A stretch of 64,000 nt of DNA from the human T2T-CHM13v2.0 reference genome, Homo sapiens. This document shows positions 58,838 to 64,000 of this stretch, piece after piece. The DNA lies in the NCBI RefSeq assembly GCF_009914755.1, contig NC_060927.1; one strand, given 5' to 3'. The position numbers were made by a program, and so were the translations under genes. The notes beneath the pieces were generated by a model. That model saw nothing but the letters and a program-made list of their open reading frames with translations. It ran no database searches and was not told the origin of the DNA. The first letter of the stretch is position 1. Each line of letters starts with the position of its first letter.

Positions 58838-58894
58838 TATTTAGATGCTGAGACCATAATGAAATGGTTGCCATTTACAATGTGGCAAAATGGC
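58838..58894 (-). other. Candidate 57-bp internal exon
   Basis: ctctatttctttcag / 57 nt / gtaagac on the minus strand. Confidence 0.25.
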
Positions 58895-59687
58895 CTGAAA
58901 GAAATAGAGTTTGCTGAGCTTGCAAACCTAAACTTCTGAAGGGATAAAAGCATCAAAAAACATAACAATCTGTCTTCAGCAAATTTCCCAGCCGCTACAA
59001 TGCTGTTTTGATAACACACTCCCTCTAAAGATGTAATTGTATACATACAATTTAGAGTATTAAGGGTATACAGTTGATAATGTTACCATTAATAAAAGAG
59101 GTGCCACAAAAACAGTTTTAACTAGTATTTATAGTTCAATGGCTTTGGTGTGCATCCAAGACAGGATGACACAACTGTTACCACTATTTCGTGCCAGTCG
59201 ATTTATGTACAAAGAAAGCACATACCCAGATCAAGTCAAGGTTCGGCATCATATAATAAAATTTAATTCTCTCTTTTAAGGTTTATCTTTATTGGTACAA
59301 GTGGATTTTATAAACTTTAAATATTTTTTGAATGATAAAGAATATATGTTACAGGTAGATAGCTAGATGATGGAAAGATAAAGCTATGGATTTGATATAT
59401 GAACATAGATATATAAGTGTATAAGTGTGTTCATGCAGCATACAATGTACTATTAAGTGGTTAACATACAGAATCATATGTTATAACATTCAACATCACA
59501 GTGACCACATGGGCGGTATATTTTTAAAGTTAGTTTACAGATAAATAAATCTCATCAATTTAAATGGATTATCCAAAGGCACACAGGAAGTGGCATAGCC
59601 ATGATATAGTCTCAGCTCTTTTCCTGTTCTCACATATAATACTCTACATTTTTTCTATGTATCTACTTATTGCCATATTTTCTCTTT

Positions 59688-61497
59688 CTTATTGTGGTAA
59701 AAACACATAACTTGATATCCACCTTCTTTCCTTTTTAGGTGTACAGTATGGTATTCTTAACTATAAGCACTATGTTACACAGCTGATCTGCAGAACTTTT
59801 GCATCCTGTGTGACTGAAATTGTATACCTATTGAACAGAAACTTCCCATTTCTGCCTCCGCTTAGGACCTGGAAACTGCCATTTTACTTTCTACTTTGAT
59901 GAGTTTGACCACTTTAGATAACTTCTGTATGTAGAATCATGCCATATTTGTCCTTTTGTGACTGGTTTATTTCACTTAGCATAACGTTTTCAAGGTCCAT
60001 CTATGATGTCACATATTACAATATTTCCTTCTTTTGAATGGCCAAATAATACTTCATTGTATGTGTATACCAGATTTTCTTTAACTATTTTTCTCTCCAT
60101 GAATGTTTAGGTTGTTTGCACTTCTTGGCTATTGTGAATAATGCTATTATAAAATCAACATGAGTAAGCAAGTATCTCTTCAAGATCCTGATTTCATTTT
60201 TTTTTTGTATAAATACCCAGAATTAGAATTGTTAAATCATATGGTAGTTCTATTTTTAACTATTTTGGTGAAACCTCTATACTATTTTTGACAGAAGATG
60301 CACCATTATACATTCTCACCAACAGCACACAAGGGTTCCATTTTTTCCATATTCTTGCTATCACTTCTTCCTTTTTGCTTTTCTTTTTTTAAATAATGGC
60401 CATCCTAACAAGTGTAAACAATATTTCATTGTGGTTATGATTTGCATTTTTCTGATGTTTAATGATGTTGAGCATCTTTTAATATACTTACTGGCAATTT
60501 GTATGTCTTCTTTGGAAAAATGTTTAATCAAATCCTTTGCCCATTTCTTAACCAGGTTATTTGTTTTGAATTTTTGTTATTGAGTTGTAGGAATTTCTTA
60601 AATTTTTTAGATATTAACTCCTTATCAAATATATGGTTTGCAAATATTTTCTCCCACTCTGTATTGCCTCTTCATCTGTTGATTGCTTTACTTGGTATGC
60701 AAAAGCTTTTTAGTTAGATGTATTCCCACTTGATCATATGTATGTGGGCTTTCTATTCCTTTCCACTGATCCATGTGTCTGTCTTTAAAATGGCACCATA
60801 CTCTTTTGATTACTGTAGCTTTGTAATATGTTTCAAAATCAGGAAATGTAGCTTTGTAATATGTTTCAAAATCAGGAAATGTGAGGTCTCTAGCTTTGTT
60901 CTTTTTCAAGATATTTTATGGCTATTTGTGGTCCTTTGTGATTCTTTTGAAATTTTATAATTTTGATTTTCTATTTCCGTAAAAAATGTTATTGAGATTT
61001 TAATTGAGATTGCACTGGATCTGCTTTGGGAAGTGTGGACATTTTAACAATATTAAGTATTTCAATTCATGAACATGAGATGCATTTCCACTTGTTTGTT
61101 TGTTCTTTAATTTCTTTTAGCAAAGCTTTATAGTTTTCAGCATATAAGGCTTTGTGTTCTTAATTAAGTTTATTCATAAGTATTTTATTATTTTGATGCC
61201 TTTTTTTATTTTGATGTTATTTAAAATGGGATTATTTTCTTAATTTCCTTTTAGGGTTATTCATTGTTTAGTGTACAGAAACACAACTGATTTTTGTATG
61301 TTAATTTTATGCCCTGCAACTTTACTAAATTTACTTATTAGTTCTAACAGTTTTCTTTGGTGTGAAGTACATATGGTTTTCTACATATTAGACCATGTCA
61401 TCTAGAAACAGAGATAATTTTACTTTCTCCTTTCCAATATGAATGTCTTTTTATTTCTTTTTTTTAAACCTAATTTCTTTGGTCAGAACTTCCAGTA
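59688..61497 (-). mobile_element. L1MA9/L1MB-like 3' part with ORF2 remnant
   Basis: ttattgtggtaaaaacacataac...; antisense ORF2 remnant LTFPDFETYYKATVIK..W. Confidence 0.9.
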
Positions 61498-62367
61498 TTT
61501 ATTTTCATGGTTGCAAAATCTTCCACTGTTTTCCTCATTCCCCTAAATGTAAATTAGATCATAGCCTCCATCAGTTCTTCTTTCATTGTTTTTCTGGCAC
61601 CCATTTGCTTTGGATCCCACTTTAGTCACCCTTTTATCCTCATATCTTGAATATTAATCTACATTGCTGCTTCAGTTTATACCTTCTGAAGTCACTAAAT
61701 GTAGCATCTCTAAATACCACTTCAAGCTTCTCTTTACCTGCTAATCCCCCATGTCTTTCAAAAAGTCACTCTACAGTCTTCTTTTCAAAATATATCTGAT
61801 ACTCCAGTGCAAAATGGTCTTAGTGCTGCCATTTGAGTCTCATCTTTCCTTTGCTCAGGTTTTCTCATGTATGCAATACACTCACTTCTCCCTCAACCAG
61901 CTCAAACCCAGGCCAGCCTTTGATATCAAACTCCGAGGCCACTCCAAGTAGTGGCAGCCGTGTCATTGCCACCACTGTTGTCATCTTCATTGTGATCATC
62001 ATCATTCCAGCTCTATTTGTACAGCTCTTATGGAAGCACTACTCAAAGAGTAGATCTGGCAGACCCAGGCTGGTCAGCAAACAATTTCCTACATCCATAG
62101 AATAAGATAAGAATTGAAATTGCAACTAGGCATTTAGAAACCTTAATATCAATTTAGGATTGCTGTGACATTCACATGTGGAGATTTAAAAACATCAGTT
62201 CTCAATGGATTAGAAATTTAAAATCCAGAAAGAAAAACGAGTTACTTCATCATAGTTGGTTTGAGAAGTACTGCTTTACAGTCTCCCAAAGTATTTTCAC
62301 ACATAATATAATATTCAGTTTAAGCTGTGATATCAGGAATGATATTGTTTGCATCTTGTAAGTGTAA

Positions 62368-62400
62368 AGCAAGCAAGCAAACAAACAAACAAACAAAAAA
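62368..62400. repeat. (AAGC)n(AAAC)n compound microsatellite
   Basis: aagcaagcaagcaaacaaacaaacaaacaaaaaa. Confidence 0.9.
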
Positions 62401-62754
62401 CCTGAGGGATAGAAAATGTTTGGAATTTTTCAAAACACATATCTTGTAAGTGGTAGAACTTTTTATTCCAAATCTGGTGTGTTTTTTTTTTCTGTCCTAT
62501 TGCTTATCTATTAGGGGTGCCTCAGAGTAACTGTCTTCATTCAGCCTGGTCAAAACGGTATGGATATAATCATTTTGGGATGATTTAGGGATCACTAGAG
62601 AGCCACTGACTGCCTGTGAGTTTTATCTGTTAACACAACTTAATCTAGTATTTGTCTTCAAGAAAATGAAAAATTATATATAATATATATATTCTTTTGA
62701 CTAAGAATGACACTAAAGGCTGACTTACTTTCTCATGTTTTCATTTAACCCTTC

Positions 62755-62850
62755 AATCAACTGACATTTATTACGTTTATTGAGCACCTACTATGTCTCA
62801 TGCCTTGTGCTCAGTGCTGGGTAAATATGAAGAACAGAACAGCTTTTCCA
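62755..62850 (-). mobile_element. L2 3' end
   Basis: tttattgagcacctactatgtctcatgccttgtgctcagtgctggg. Confidence 0.75.
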
Positions 62851-63352
62851 TAATGATTTCATGGATAGAAAATAGTACAGGGGTTAGAACAAGTTTTCTT
62901 ATATTTTTGATTTTTTTTTTTACCAATTAAAGTTATCCAAAACTCAATTTTCCTGTTTTGTAGTACAAAATCTTTGAAAGAATTCCATCTAATGTGAAAA
63001 TAACATTCTGTACAGCTTCACCCTGCTGCAAGCTACTAAGCATTAGCTTCTGTCTAAATGTTCTTTCTTTCTCTAATTGCTTTCTTTAGGATCACTAATC
63101 TTCCAAAGAATCATTGTTTACATTATGTGTTTGCCCATTAAGCAGAGAAGCACTTCTTTCCACACTTTTCCCATTCCAAGGAAGGATTAAGAGCAACTGT
63201 TAACACAATTAAAGCTCAGTTTAATTTCTATGATCCATTTGCTTTTGCAGTAAAACACCATTACTGTGAACCCCTAGAGGGTTGTAACTACCATGGGATC
63301 AGGTTTATTCGCCTGCCCTAAGTGACCTGTACAGGAAAAAGGCAAAACTTAC

Positions 63353-63511
63353 CATGTGGAACACCAAAACACTGAGACTCGATAAACAAGGTCATTTCAG
63401 ATACTCTTTCTGTTTGCATAGGAATGGGCATTTTCATAACTACCCTGCTTTGGCTCTGTATGAAACTGAGCACCAACCCAGCAAACACTGTACCCAAACA
63501 TCGATTACAGC
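63353..63511 (-). other. Candidate 159-bp exon with one open frame
   Basis: ctacttcag acceptor, ATG/gtaagt donor, frame CNRCLGTVFAGLVLSFIQSQSRVVMKMPIPMQTERVSEMTLFIESQCFGVPH open; peptide not recognised. Confidence 0.25.
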
Positions 63512-64000
63512 CTGAAGTAGGGCCTCAAAAGCACAGTGGCCTGGAATTTTGATCCACTAAGGAAATCAATTCAAGAGCAGATGCCCTCAATATATGACCC
63601 ATTCTCTGAGACTGTGATTCTAGGGAGCACGCACATTCCCAGAAACGTGTTAGATTAGAAGGATGACAGCAGTGTCACACACACTTTGGTAGTTATTTAA
63701 AGTTAATTAATTTAACCTGACCTTTCCATATAAATATAAGGCACAATAGACGACTGGTGGTAATTGATTCTGGAGAGCCTCGGAAATGGTTCAAGGAAAA
63801 CACAGCTGTGCTGTATAGCAGTTCTTGTTTGCTCTGGATTATAAACTATTTTTAGTACTTAGTTAATAAAGCTAATTTTCTTAAGGGGCCTGCAGTGAAA
63901 TGTGTGAGCTGCTATGTCAGATGCTGATAGAATTGGGATTTGTAATGGACGAACCTAAGAAAATTAACTCCACCAATGCGGACTCACTTTTAGAGCTGAG

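Overview
AT-rich, CpG-poor primate (human-like) genomic DNA, intronic or intergenic. It is dominated by interspersed repeats: the 3' 4.55 kb of a decayed L1PA (about PA5) running off the window start, older L1M/L1MA fragments, 8 Alus, MaLR/ERVL LTRs, hAT and mariner MITEs (MER1B, MER3, MER5, MER45A, MER58, MADE1), L2, MIR and CR1. I recognise no intact protein-coding gene, RNA gene or CRISPR array, and nearly all ORF-track entries are L1/Alu debris or chance ORFs. Repeat subfamily names come from my recall of consensus sequences, not from a search, and old-repeat boundaries are approximate. The items most worth checking are: a mosaic of nested hairpins with flipped loops around an inverted Alu pair (8.2-8.64 kb); several minus-strand exon-like units in unique DNA at 51-63.5 kb; an ancient diverged local duplication (43.0/44.1 kb); an AT-rich palindrome (5.9 kb); and a cluster of short tandem duplications (28-31 kb). 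I cannot support a new biological system with confidence.
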